DNA from: Mantamonas sphyraenae STR306
Taxonomy: Eukaryota > Protista > CRuMs
Assembly: GCA_026936335.1 (NCBI GenBank)
Contig: JAPMXV010000018.1
Span: 186,001-250,000 of the forward strand
Length of the DNA stretch: 64,000 nucleotides
Direction: 5' to 3'
Part shown: positions 34,236 to 42,638 of the stretch, piece by piece
Position numbering within the stretch: position 1 is the first letter of the stretch
How the letters are laid out: each line of letters opens with the position of its first letter
Notes under the pieces: model-generated
Database searches by the model: none
Told to the model about the DNA's origin: nothing
The model's input: the letters and a program-made list of their open reading frames with translations, nothing else
Translations under genes and position numbers: made by a program

Positions 34236-37200
34236 ATGGAAGACGAGTTGCAGCAACTCGTCGAGCAGGTACCTCGGCTGCGAAGTGCCCAAGAAGTGGA
34301 CGGACACATTGAATTGAGGTACACAAGGCCGGCGGACGTGCCAGAACAGCAGACGTCTGAGTACGTCCTTGTTGGTGAGGATGGCATCCCTGAAGACGGT
34401 GAAGACGATGAGGACGATGGCGTGCACTATGTCAGCACAGAGGATGTGAAGGGATTGACAGTCGAAGCCCTGAAGGCCCTCCTGAAGGACGTCGGCGCCA
34501 ATCGGCAGGGAGGCAAAGACACCTTACTACGCAAGGCGACAGAGTCGGTGTCCGTCCTCAAATGGCAGGAATGGCAGGAGAAACGGTGTAAAGTGGACTC
34601 CCTCGTCACCGAGGACCAGAAAGCCCTGGCTGACAGAGGAGAGGGCGGTGAACAGGCGAATGTGCCAACGGCAGAAAACTTAATCAAGGTTCTGGGGAGG
34701 TTCAAAAAGGAGACACTGGAGGAAGTGATCCTGGCGTACAAGAGAATCTGGGGAGAACCGAAAGAATCGTCTGACACAGAGTCGTCATCTAGCTCAAGCT
34801 CAAGCAGCAGCGGCAGTGGCGGTGGCGGACACGCACCCAGCCGGAATGTGCACCCGTTTTTCGCCTCGGTGACGCTGTCCAGGCTGAAGAAGGACGCGGT
34901 CGTTAAAACCTTGGGTAGAATGGTGGAGGAGCAGCTCGCAACGCACGATGGAGTTGTCAATGTGGCGCGTGCGTTGCAGCAACAAGGGGAGCAGGGTCAG
35001 CGCCGTGCGGTGCAGCGCACGGAGGAATTGTTCAATGCTCCCAGCCACGCCGACTATGACAATGAGACCATCAAGGACATGGTCTGTGAATGCGACGGCA
35101 TTGTGGTGGACTGCAACGTGATTGGTGTCGAGCACATCGACAGGGGTGGCGATGCAGAGAAACCCCTGCAGCTGAACGCCGCCGGTGTCGCGCTGACACA
35201 GCAGCTGCAAGAAATCCTGCAGGCATCGGACCAGCCAGTCTGCTTTGTGAGAACGGTGGCGTCCCTACAAGAGCGCTTCGAGGGAAGGAACTGCAGCATT
35301 GGGGAGCAGAAGCAGTTCAGAAGGGATGCCACAGGGTACTTGACAACATCATCCCTTCCCGATCCGAACAGCAAGCACCGGAAGAAGGCGAAGGTGCTTG
35401 CTGCGAGAGAAGCAGCGCCCGCATTGGGCCTGGCGCGTCTGAGAACGGTTGTGGCGGATGGGCGAGAAGCGTGCTTGGCGCAAATGATGAGCTTGCCAGG
35501 CAAATTGGCCGTGGTATCATCCAACGCCAAAACAGAGACGATGATGTACAGCAAAGGGTTGCAGCAAGACCTGCTCGTTGTCAGCGTGGTGAAACCAAGG
35601 GTTTTTCCAAAGCTCGCGGAAGTTGATGGAGATGCCGTACCGGGAACGGTTGGCGAGGAGGATGAAGAGATGGTGATGGAGAAAAACGAAGAGGAAGATG
35701 GTGAAAAAGGCGAGGTGATGGTGGTGGAGCGGAACGAAAATGATGAGATGGACGCGGTGGTGCCTGACGCAATGGTGTTGGTGGAGGAGGTGGCGGTGGA
35801 GCCCGAAGAAATGATGGAGGGCAACGAGAACGAGATGGACGCGGTGGAGGCTGACGGAATGGTGTTGGTGGAGGGAGAGGACGAGGAAGAAGGTGGAGGG
35901 GCGGGCAAGTGGTGGGTACGGACGATGCAGCTGCACGACACGAGGAGGGTCTTCCACGCCACTGTTGTGACTGGCATGTACGCAGGTATGACTGCCCCGA
36001 CGTGGACACCGATGGAAAGGAAGGAAATCATGTCCACGCTGATGGGAGACCACCCCGAGCGCTTGCGGACACTTTCACTCATGGCACGCAAGCGGAAGCA
36101 GCTCGGCCACAACCTCACACTACTGCAGGCGCAGACGGTGCAGGACATGTATGGGGCGGAGATACATGAGGGATGGACGCCCGCTCAGTACGTGGGCGTC
36201 CTCGGAGAACTGGACACTGCGTTGATGAAGCACCACCTGGCCGATGCTGGAGTATTCCACGCGCGCGGTGTGTTGTACAACTTTGCAGCCCCACTGTCTG
36301 AGTGGATGACGTACATGCAGGTTCCGAACGAGCAGCAAGTCAAGCAGGCCATGGCAACGGATCTGGCACATGTCCAGATCGTGCAAGACGACGGAACCAC
36401 CCGGCCGGTGAAGGCTCACGACATCACTCCACACGACTTTGTCTGCCCAGACAACAAGAGCGTGTTTATCACAATGAGGGAAGCTCACAGCACGCAGCAG
36501 CAGGCGAAAGAGGAGAGCGCGGAAGTGGGTTCAGTTTCGATGGACAAGCGAGAGCACGAGCAGGATGTGCCCTTGGCACATGATGGTGAGCAGATGGAAG
36601 TGAGCCACAGCGTGGATGGTGCCGGCGAGGAGGAGGTGCACAACACTGTTGGTAAGCTCCTTCGCAGAGTTGCCCACCTCAAAACGGAACTCGACCATCA
36701 CGTCAAAGATCCGGCCACGCTACTGCGCCACAAGGAGATACACGAAGTCGAGCGGGCGCAAGCGAACAGTCACACGGCCTCACAACCCGTCGTGGGCGCG
36801 CCTGATCTGCTCACGCGATTCGCAGACGACCTGTGCTCCTTCTTGGACAAGGTCAAGAAGGTGGTTGTGGATGGTATCAACAATACCATCAGACAAGGTA
36901 CCACCAGCGTCGTGCCATCGGAGGCCGATGTGGCCAGTGCCGCAGAGAGAGTGCGCCCAGCATGGCTCATCGGCGATCGGCGGGCCCTGACTTGGGACAT
37001 GCTCCCTGCTGTCCACAAGTGGTGTACGAGCGAGCTCCGGGCCGATATGACGAAGCATCACGTCGCGGTACGTTTTGGTGAGGTGCTGCTGGAGTGCATG
37101 CGCCAAACCACCGAAGAGAAAACAAGCGAGTTTTTTGTGGAAGTGGCGACCGCCGTTGTGTCTGCCCACTTGGCATTTACAATGGAAGGGACCAAGAGGG

Positions 37201-39263
37201 CATTGCAAAAGGCCGGTGTGTCGTTTGCAGGGTGCCAGCTTGGAGAATGGAGCCGGCTCGAGCGGCACGGGGAGGAACGCCGCTCGTGGGACGAGTGGTC
37301 CTTGCATGTACGGAATCTGTTCCAGACGGAGTATAGCCAGTACGAGGGTGTCCTCCAGGGTCTGGACGAACGATACTCGGATCGCCAGTTTCTCAAGAAG
37401 AAGGTGATGAACGTGGAGGCGAGCGATGCGCATTTGCGGGCATACGTGCAAACCGGCCGACAATTTTCCAGCACGTCAAAGGCGTTCACCATCACGGGGA
37501 CATTGTGGCAGTATGGGCTGTCCCGGCTGTTCGACAGCTGGGCAGAGTCCAACAACGAGGAGATCCGGGTGTGCACGAAGGCAACCGCAACCAAAACATG
37601 GGAAGCCGTGTGTAGCGACATCAACACACACCACAGCATCTTCATGTCCGTCATGAAGTTTGAGGAGTCGAGGTTGTGGCGCCTTCCTGCATTGACGGGC
37701 AGGCAAAGGGACGAGTTGATTGGGGTAGAGACGCGTTCTCTGCTTTCGCTGCTCCTCTTGTGGCCAGATTTGGTGAGCTGCATGCAAACCAACACAATCA
37801 GGCAGTGGTCCGGCGGTATTACGGTCCAACACGGACAGCCGCTTCGTTTGGTCGTCTACCGCCCGGCCACACTGGACCACGTCACGTCGAGCGGAGAGCT
37901 CCGTGAGATTTTGCGGCCTCTGAGCTCATTGAAAGCGGCAATCGTGGAGGCGGAGAATGAGGTGTCCGGGGCAGCTGCCGAGAAGCGTGCCAAGATGAAG
38001 AAAGCAGAGGAACAGAAGAAAGCAGAGGAACAGGATAGGAAGGGCAAGAAGAAGAGGCGCGCGGAGGAGGAGAGCGAGGACAACCAGTCGACACAAGCGC
38101 CGTTGCAGGACACCAAGAGAGCCAGGCTGGATGAATCAGGCGAGGGTGACATTGTGGACATGGGAGAGAGCAGCGAGCCGATGGAAGCGGCCAAGGAACC
38201 ACAGAGTGACGACCGAGAGGACAGGGCCACGACACAGCACGCAGGCAGCAAAAGCCACTCCCAGTGGAGCAAGGATCGACAGCGACAGCTGGTGAAAAAG
38301 CTCGTTACTGTGTGTACCGTGGCACACGTGTGTGGGCTGGGCAAGGAGGTTGAAGACGCACTTGGCCAGCAGCTCGGGTTCCGGCACCTGGGGAAGCCGA
38401 AGCGCAACGGGCGCATCGACGTGCGCTTCAAGAAGAAGTTTAAAGTGAGGAATCACGATGAGGCTGCAAGGTTGATCGCCAAAACAGCCTTCTTGGTCAA
38501 CGACATCGGTAGGAAGAATGACACGCTGGTGGTCTTCTTCTGGCACAAGGGGAGATTGAGGCAAAGGAAACTGCCCTTCCCCTCACATCGAGACCTCAGG
38601 GAAAAAATGCATCTGCACCGACTTGCCAAGGTTGAGAAGGAGGACGAGCCGAAAAAGCACGGGCAGTTGCGGCGGTACGGGCGTGACGTGCTCGAGAGAC
38701 ATGTCCTGCGCACGGTAAGGTCCGTGAGGAACGTGATGGACGGATTTGGCCTGCACAACATGATCTACCTTGCGCAGTCGAAATTCTACGGAGGTTTGTC
38801 CCTCAGCACGCGCATCCATCACGCTTTCGCAAGACACATGATCTGGGCGGACGTGGCAGAGTGGATGACTTCCAGTACATGCATCTGTGGAGGTGGCATT
38901 GCACACCCGCATGGGTTCAGTCTCTCGAGATGGGACAGAGTTGTGACTTGCCCTCATTGTGCCATCAGCCGCAACCACCACAACAAGCACACGCTGATGT
39001 ATCACATGGCCCACGACGCCGGAGGAATCACGCCCCTCTCCGACAGGGACGTCAGAGGAGCACAGGGGATCCTTGTAAGGCAGCTGCACCTGTGGCTGTT
39101 TGGCAAAGAGCCCCTGTCGTTCTCCAGCCGCAATCCCAAAAAGAAGAAGCAAGAAACGGCAAAGGCGCTGGTGCTGGAGAAACTCAAGTCACGAAGGAAG
39201 GCGGTCGAGGGTCCACAAGATCATGGGATGGTGGTTGAAGAGGGTGGAGGTGGGGATGAGTGA
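34236..39263 (+). CDS. Giant Fanzor/TnpB-like RNA-guided RuvC endonuclease (1675 aa) with N-terminal SAP motif
   Basis: RuvC-I FLVNDIGRKN (D1423); RuvC-II Glu just before the Zn finger in VAEWMTSSTCIC (E1542); second Zn pair VVTCPHC; RuvC-III DRDVRGAQGI (D1605); SAP LTVEALKALLKDVGANRQGGKDTLLRKA; basic NLS-like runs. Confidence 0.8.
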   Translation: MEDELQQLVEQVPRLRSAQEVDGHIELRYTRPADVPEQQTSEYVLVGEDGIPEDGEDDEDDGVHYVSTEDVKGLTVEALKALLKDVGANRQGGKDTLLRKATESVSVLKWQEWQEKRCKVDSLVTEDQKALADRGEGGEQANVPTAENLIKVLGRFKKETLEEVILAYKRIWGEPKESSDTESSSSSSSSSSGSGGGGHAPSRNVHPFFASVTLSRLKKDAVVKTLGRMVEEQLATHDGVVNVARALQQQGEQGQRRAVQRTEELFNAPSHADYDNETIKDMVCECDGIVVDCNVIGVEHIDRGGDAEKPLQLNAAGVALTQQLQEILQASDQPVCFVRTVASLQERFEGRNCSIGEQKQFRRDATGYLTTSSLPDPNSKHRKKAKVLAAREAAPALGLARLRTVVADGREACLAQMMSLPGKLAVVSSNAKTETMMYSKGLQQDLLVVSVVKPRVFPKLAEVDGDAVPGTVGEEDEEMVMEKNEEEDGEKGEVMVVERNENDEMDAVVPDAMVLVEEVAVEPEEMMEGNENEMDAVEADGMVLVEGEDEEEGGGAGKWWVRTMQLHDTRRVFHATVVTGMYAGMTAPTWTPMERKEIMSTLMGDHPERLRTLSLMARKRKQLGHNLTLLQAQTVQDMYGAEIHEGWTPAQYVGVLGELDTALMKHHLADAGVFHARGVLYNFAAPLSEWMTYMQVPNEQQVKQAMATDLAHVQIVQDDGTTRPVKAHDITPHDFVCPDNKSVFITMREAHSTQQQAKEESAEVGSVSMDKREHEQDVPLAHDGEQMEVSHSVDGAGEEEVHNTVGKLLRRVAHLKTELDHHVKDPATLLRHKEIHEVERAQANSHTASQPVVGAPDLLTRFADDLCSFLDKVKKVVVDGINNTIRQGTTSVVPSEADVASAAERVRPAWLIGDRRALTWDMLPAVHKWCTSELRADMTKHHVAVRFGEVLLECMRQTTEEKTSEFFVEVATAVVSAHLAFTMEGTKRALQKAGVSFAGCQLGEWSRLERHGEERRSWDEWSLHVRNLFQTEYSQYEGVLQGLDERYSDRQFLKKKVMNVEASDAHLRAYVQTGRQFSSTSKAFTITGTLWQYGLSRLFDSWAESNNEEIRVCTKATATKTWEAVCSDINTHHSIFMSVMKFEESRLWRLPALTGRQRDELIGVETRSLLSLLLLWPDLVSCMQTNTIRQWSGGITVQHGQPLRLVVYRPATLDHVTSSGELREILRPLSSLKAAIVEAENEVSGAAAEKRAKMKKAEEQKKAEEQDRKGKKKRRAEEESEDNQSTQAPLQDTKRARLDESGEGDIVDMGESSEPMEAAKEPQSDDREDRATTQHAGSKSHSQWSKDRQRQLVKKLVTVCTVAHVCGLGKEVEDALGQQLGFRHLGKPKRNGRIDVRFKKKFKVRNHDEAARLIAKTAFLVNDIGRKNDTLVVFFWHKGRLRQRKLPFPSHRDLREKMHLHRLAKVEKEDEPKKHGQLRRYGRDVLERHVLRTVRSVRNVMDGFGLHNMIYLAQSKFYGGLSLSTRIHHAFARHMIWADVAEWMTSSTCICGGGIAHPHGFSLSRWDRVVTCPHCAISRNHHNKHTLMYHMAHDAGGITPLSDRDVRGAQGILVRQLHLWLFGKEPLSFSSRNPKKKKQETAKALVLEKLKSRRKAVEGPQDHGMVVEEGGGGDE

Positions 39264-39465
39264 GTGTGAAACCTTCCACACGTGCTGTGTGGCATCAGGG
39301 CAAACAACAACGATGATGAACGAGGATCTGCTGGGACCACTTTCACGTGCAGTCTCTCAGATAGTTTATCAGTGGCCAAGTTTACACGACGCTGCGTATT
39401 TCGTTGTTGCTCCGCTGTTGTGCACAGCACAGTGGAAACAACAATGCCGTGCGACGTTCTTGTCG
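39264..39465 (+). ncRNA. Candidate omegaRNA scaffold plus guide (boundaries inferred)
   Basis: Lies 3' of the Fanzor ORF and runs through the right end. Hairpins CCACAC/GTGTGG (39276-39292) and TTGTTG..TCCGCTGT/ACAGTGGA..CAACAA (39404-39444). No expression evidence. Confidence 0.45.
39419..39444 (-). repeat. Right terminal inverted repeat
   Basis: TGTGCACAGCACAGTGGAAACAACAA. Confidence 0.85.
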
Positions 39466-39483
39466 CTTGCGATGCGATCCACG

Positions 39484-39864
39484 TCAACCCATGCGCATGG
39501 AACACTTGACACCCGGCGGACAGTTGCCGTCGCCCTGAGAAAGGTAGCGCAGCTTCTCCGCGGGGGACATCTGGCGCAGCACGGAGTTGGGATTGAGCCA
39601 GGGCTCGAGAATCAGGGTCTGGAAGCCCGAATGAAGGGCCACAAACACCACAAACGTGACCAGGTATTTACAGAGGAGGAACCAAAACATGCGGTTGCTC
39701 TGTTCCTCGTCCAGACGCACCACTTCTTCGTCGTCGCTGGATTCGTCCGAGTCCTTGCTCTTTCGCCGCCTGCGCCGCACGGCACGCGGTTCATCGCCGT
39801 CGCTACGACTACGCACGGGTCTACGACGCAATTGGACAGTGTCCAGCCCGTCGTTCTCGCTCAT
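39484..39864 (-). CDS. Small hypothetical single-TM protein
   Basis: ATG 39864 after an A/C-rich leader; charged N-terminus, TM FWFLLCKYLVTFVVFVAL, host-like codon usage. Confidence 0.65.
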   Translation of the reverse strand: MSENDGLDTVQLRRRPVRSRSDGDEPRAVRRRRRKSKDSDESSDDEEVVRLDEEQSNRMFWFLLCKYLVTFVVFVALHSGFQTLILEPWLNPNSVLRQMSPAEKLRYLSQGDGNCPPGVKCSMRMG

Positions 39865-40088
39865 TGCTGTTGTTTGCGGCCAGGCAAGGGGTGGGGTTGG
39901 TGTGGCAGCGTTTGATGTGGCGTGAACACCGCTCTGCTCACTCTGCCCAGAGGGAAAGGCACCACCCACTAAAGTCCATTGCTGCTGGGTTTGCCAACAT
40001 GGCATCCGCAGAGTGTAAGACAAGCGCGAGAGCAAAGACGATTCTCCAAGCACAAAAACGAAACGGGTCCACTCAAAGCTCATTGGAT

Positions 40089-40505
40089 TTACTCAGAGGT
40101 GGTGTTCTTGGCAACCTGGTTCAGGCGGGTGAAGCGAGCCAGAACCTTGCGCTTGAGATCGGCGCGGTAGGCGGAGCCAGCGGTCTCGGCGGCCAGGGTC
40201 TTGGCAATCTTGCGGAAGCCCTTGCGCTTGGCGTTGAGCTTGAGGTTGCGGTTGCTGCGCGCAGGGGCCTGGATGCGGTTGCGTTTGTACAGCTTGAAGG
40301 TGAGGTCAATCACAAACGGGTTCTCCTTGGAAGCGGTCATGCCCACGGCCGTGCGGTTGGCCAGACCCGAGTTGACAAAGCTGTTGACGCCAACAATGTT
40401 GTTGGGCTCAGCAGTCAGCCTCTGGCCGTTCACCAGCTTGCCCTTGAGGTAGCTGTTGTTGTTGCGGGTCAGGGCCCAGATGACATTGGGGGAAGTCGTG
40501 CTCAT
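40089..40505 (-). CDS. RPL28: 60S ribosomal protein L28e
   Basis: VIWALTRNNNSYL, EPNNIVGVNSFVNSGL, YRADLK..LAR motifs. AG acceptor just before the ATG suggests a 5'-UTR intron. Confidence 0.92.
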   Translation of the reverse strand: MSTTSPNVIWALTRNNNSYLKGKLVNGQRLTAEPNNIVGVNSFVNSGLANRTAVGMTASKENPFVIDLTFKLYKRNRIQAPARSNRNLKLNAKRKGFRKIAKTLAAETAGSAYRADLKRKVLARFTRLNQVAKNTTSE

Positions 40506-41287
40506 TTCTGCGAGGGAGGATATTGGCAAACGGGCGACGACGATTTGCACACAGGGCGCCGCGCAGCACGTATGAGTGTGAGTGGGACTGTGTCGACTGG
40601 TGTGCAAGGTGAGGACGGCATGTGTGCAGCAGCTGGGCTGCAGCAGGAGCCACGTGGGTGCGTGTGGTGCGCGTAGGCTTGCCCGACGCAGCCGCAGGTG
40701 AAAGCGGGCGGTGGAAAAAAAGCGCATGCGCTGCAGCAGAGGGGCAGGCCACACGCACGCACGCAGGCACACACGGGCACGACAGACAGCGTATACGATA
40801 CACAGGACACTCCAGTGGACAGTGGCCATGCGCATGTGGCTGTACATGGCCGTGTGCGACGCCGGAGAAGGGCCACGTGCCTTGCAGGCGCGAGTGCATG
40901 CGCGACAACATCACTTTTCGGTGCGCTGCATGACGCTGTGCCGCTTCTGTGTCCATGGCATGCGTCGCACACGCTGCTCTGTGCAAGTGCCTTGCCTCTC
41001 GTGTGTCTGTGTGCATGTGTGTGTGCGTGTGCACCGTGTACGGCACGCGGAACGGCGGGGCCGAGGCGCTGCTGCCCTGTAGCTCCCCCTTTTGTGCACA
41101 CCCACGTGCACACACAAGGGTCACGTGCACATGTACGCGCATGTGTCTGTGTGTGCGTCTGTGTGTGTGTGCACCTGCTGCTGCTGCATCGATACGGTCT
41201 GTGTGGGCACGTACCTCTGTGGTCTGTTTGTTGGCTGGCGGAGCGGGCGCAGGCTCGGTCGCAGCCAGTTCAACCGCCGGTGCCACA

Positions 41288-42604
41288 ATGGACGACTACT
41301 TCAGTGCGGCAGACACGTCGAGGCAGGTGGAGGAGAAGGAGGATGTGGCACTGGACTGCAGTGTGCGCCAGGGAATCGAACTCGAACTGGATCCCGTGGC
41401 GGACATGGGTGGGCACGCAGAGTATGTGTGCAGGGCTGTGGTGCGTGGCAAACTGTTGTTTAGCGTGGCCCACGACGGTGTGTTGCGCGTGTGGAACGTG
41501 GACAGCGAGTCCATCGAGTCGCACGCGTGTGTGCTGGCTCACAGGCTGCCTGCGGCGGAGTTGCACGGCTTGGATGTGGACCCGCAGTGCACCCAGGTGT
41601 TGGTGGGTGACAACGACGGCGGCGTATATTGGGCCTCGTTCAACGCCACTGCTGCCGTCATGGATGCAGGCAACAGCAGTGGGAGCAGCAGTGCCATCAA
41701 ACAGCTGTTTGCCGGACGTGTGTGCCAGCAGGCCATCAGCACGGTGCTCTTGGATTCTCACGAGCCCACCCTGGCCTACTGTGTGGCCGACGACGCCCTG
41801 TTGCACCAGGTCAGCCGAGATGGGGTGGTGAAGAGTGCAGATCCGCTGCACGAGGGCGAATTGTATGCGCTGGCCCAGAGCAATGACGGCCAGACTCTGT
41901 TTACGGCGGGCACAGATGCCAAGATTGGCATCTGGCGTGTTTCCGGCCAGGCGGATTCCGCCCCGCAGGCCCTTGCCTGTATCGAACACGTGGTGACGTC
42001 GGCAGTGGCCGATCTGCTTGTGGACAGCCGCAATGTGTTGTGGGCAGCCTGTGACGGCGGCCAGCTGGCGTCGCTGCAACTGGACGGAGCCCACTGTGTG
42101 GCCAGCTGTGTGCGCACGCTGGAGGGCCAGCTGGACCTCACAGCCCTCGACAGCGCCCTGGTGTGTGTCACAGATGAGGGAAAGCGCATGGAGGCATTGG
42201 CAGTGCGCACGGTGGGTGCTGTGGCTGTGTTCCAGCTGGGCGACGACGAGCAACCCATGTGGACGCAACTGGTCTCGTATGCGGAGGAACACTCTGCAAG
42301 CACGGTGCTTGCCTTTGATTCCAATCTGTTTCTGTACACTTCCTACGACGACATGCTGCTCGTGTATGATCTGGTGCCGCAGCGTGAACTTGCCGCCCTC
42401 ATGGGCCACTCCCTGGACGACTTTGTCCACGGGCCCCTCGTCGACGAGATCATCCTCGACGAAGCAGACATGGCTGAACTCATGCAAGGCATGACCATGG
42501 GCCAAGTGGACGAGGATGTGGAAGACCTTGTCGATGACGATGATGATGACGATGATGATGATGAGGATGAGGATGAGGATGAGGAGAACAGCAGCGCCAA
42601 ATGA
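41288..42604 (+). CDS. WD40-repeat protein with acidic C-terminal tail
   Basis: GHAEYV..LFSVAHDGVLRVWN, LHEGELYALA..LFTAGTDAKIGIWR repeats. Confidence 0.8.
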   Translation: MDDYFSAADTSRQVEEKEDVALDCSVRQGIELELDPVADMGGHAEYVCRAVVRGKLLFSVAHDGVLRVWNVDSESIESHACVLAHRLPAAELHGLDVDPQCTQVLVGDNDGGVYWASFNATAAVMDAGNSSGSSSAIKQLFAGRVCQQAISTVLLDSHEPTLAYCVADDALLHQVSRDGVVKSADPLHEGELYALAQSNDGQTLFTAGTDAKIGIWRVSGQADSAPQALACIEHVVTSAVADLLVDSRNVLWAACDGGQLASLQLDGAHCVASCVRTLEGQLDLTALDSALVCVTDEGKRMEALAVRTVGAVAVFQLGDDEQPMWTQLVSYAEEHSASTVLAFDSNLFLYTSYDDMLLVYDLVPQRELAALMGHSLDDFVHGPLVDEIILDEADMAELMQGMTMGQVDEDVEDLVDDDDDDDDDDEDEDEDEENSSAK

Positions 42605-42638
42605 ACCACCCCAACACCACCACAGAGCACCCGTCACG

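Larger units (their letters stand above)
33599..39444 (+). mobile_element. Putative non-autonomous TIR DNA transposon carrying a Fanzor gene
   Basis: 26-bp inverted repeats matching at 25/26 positions bracket a single large RuvC-type ORF. Removing the element leaves about 70 bp between two co-oriented host genes, typical spacing for this genome. Confidence 0.75.

Noticed and set aside
33609-39434. CACTG...CAGTG ends suggesting a CACTA/EnSpm element
   Set aside because: The inverted match extends about 10 bp further out and the bases flanking CACTG/CAGTG are not a direct repeat, so the superfamily cannot be assigned.
40506-41287. Long spacer/5'-UTR intron upstream of RPL28 as a snoRNA host
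   Set aside because: Only a partial box C-like TGATG was found, with no matching box D or clear H/ACA structure.
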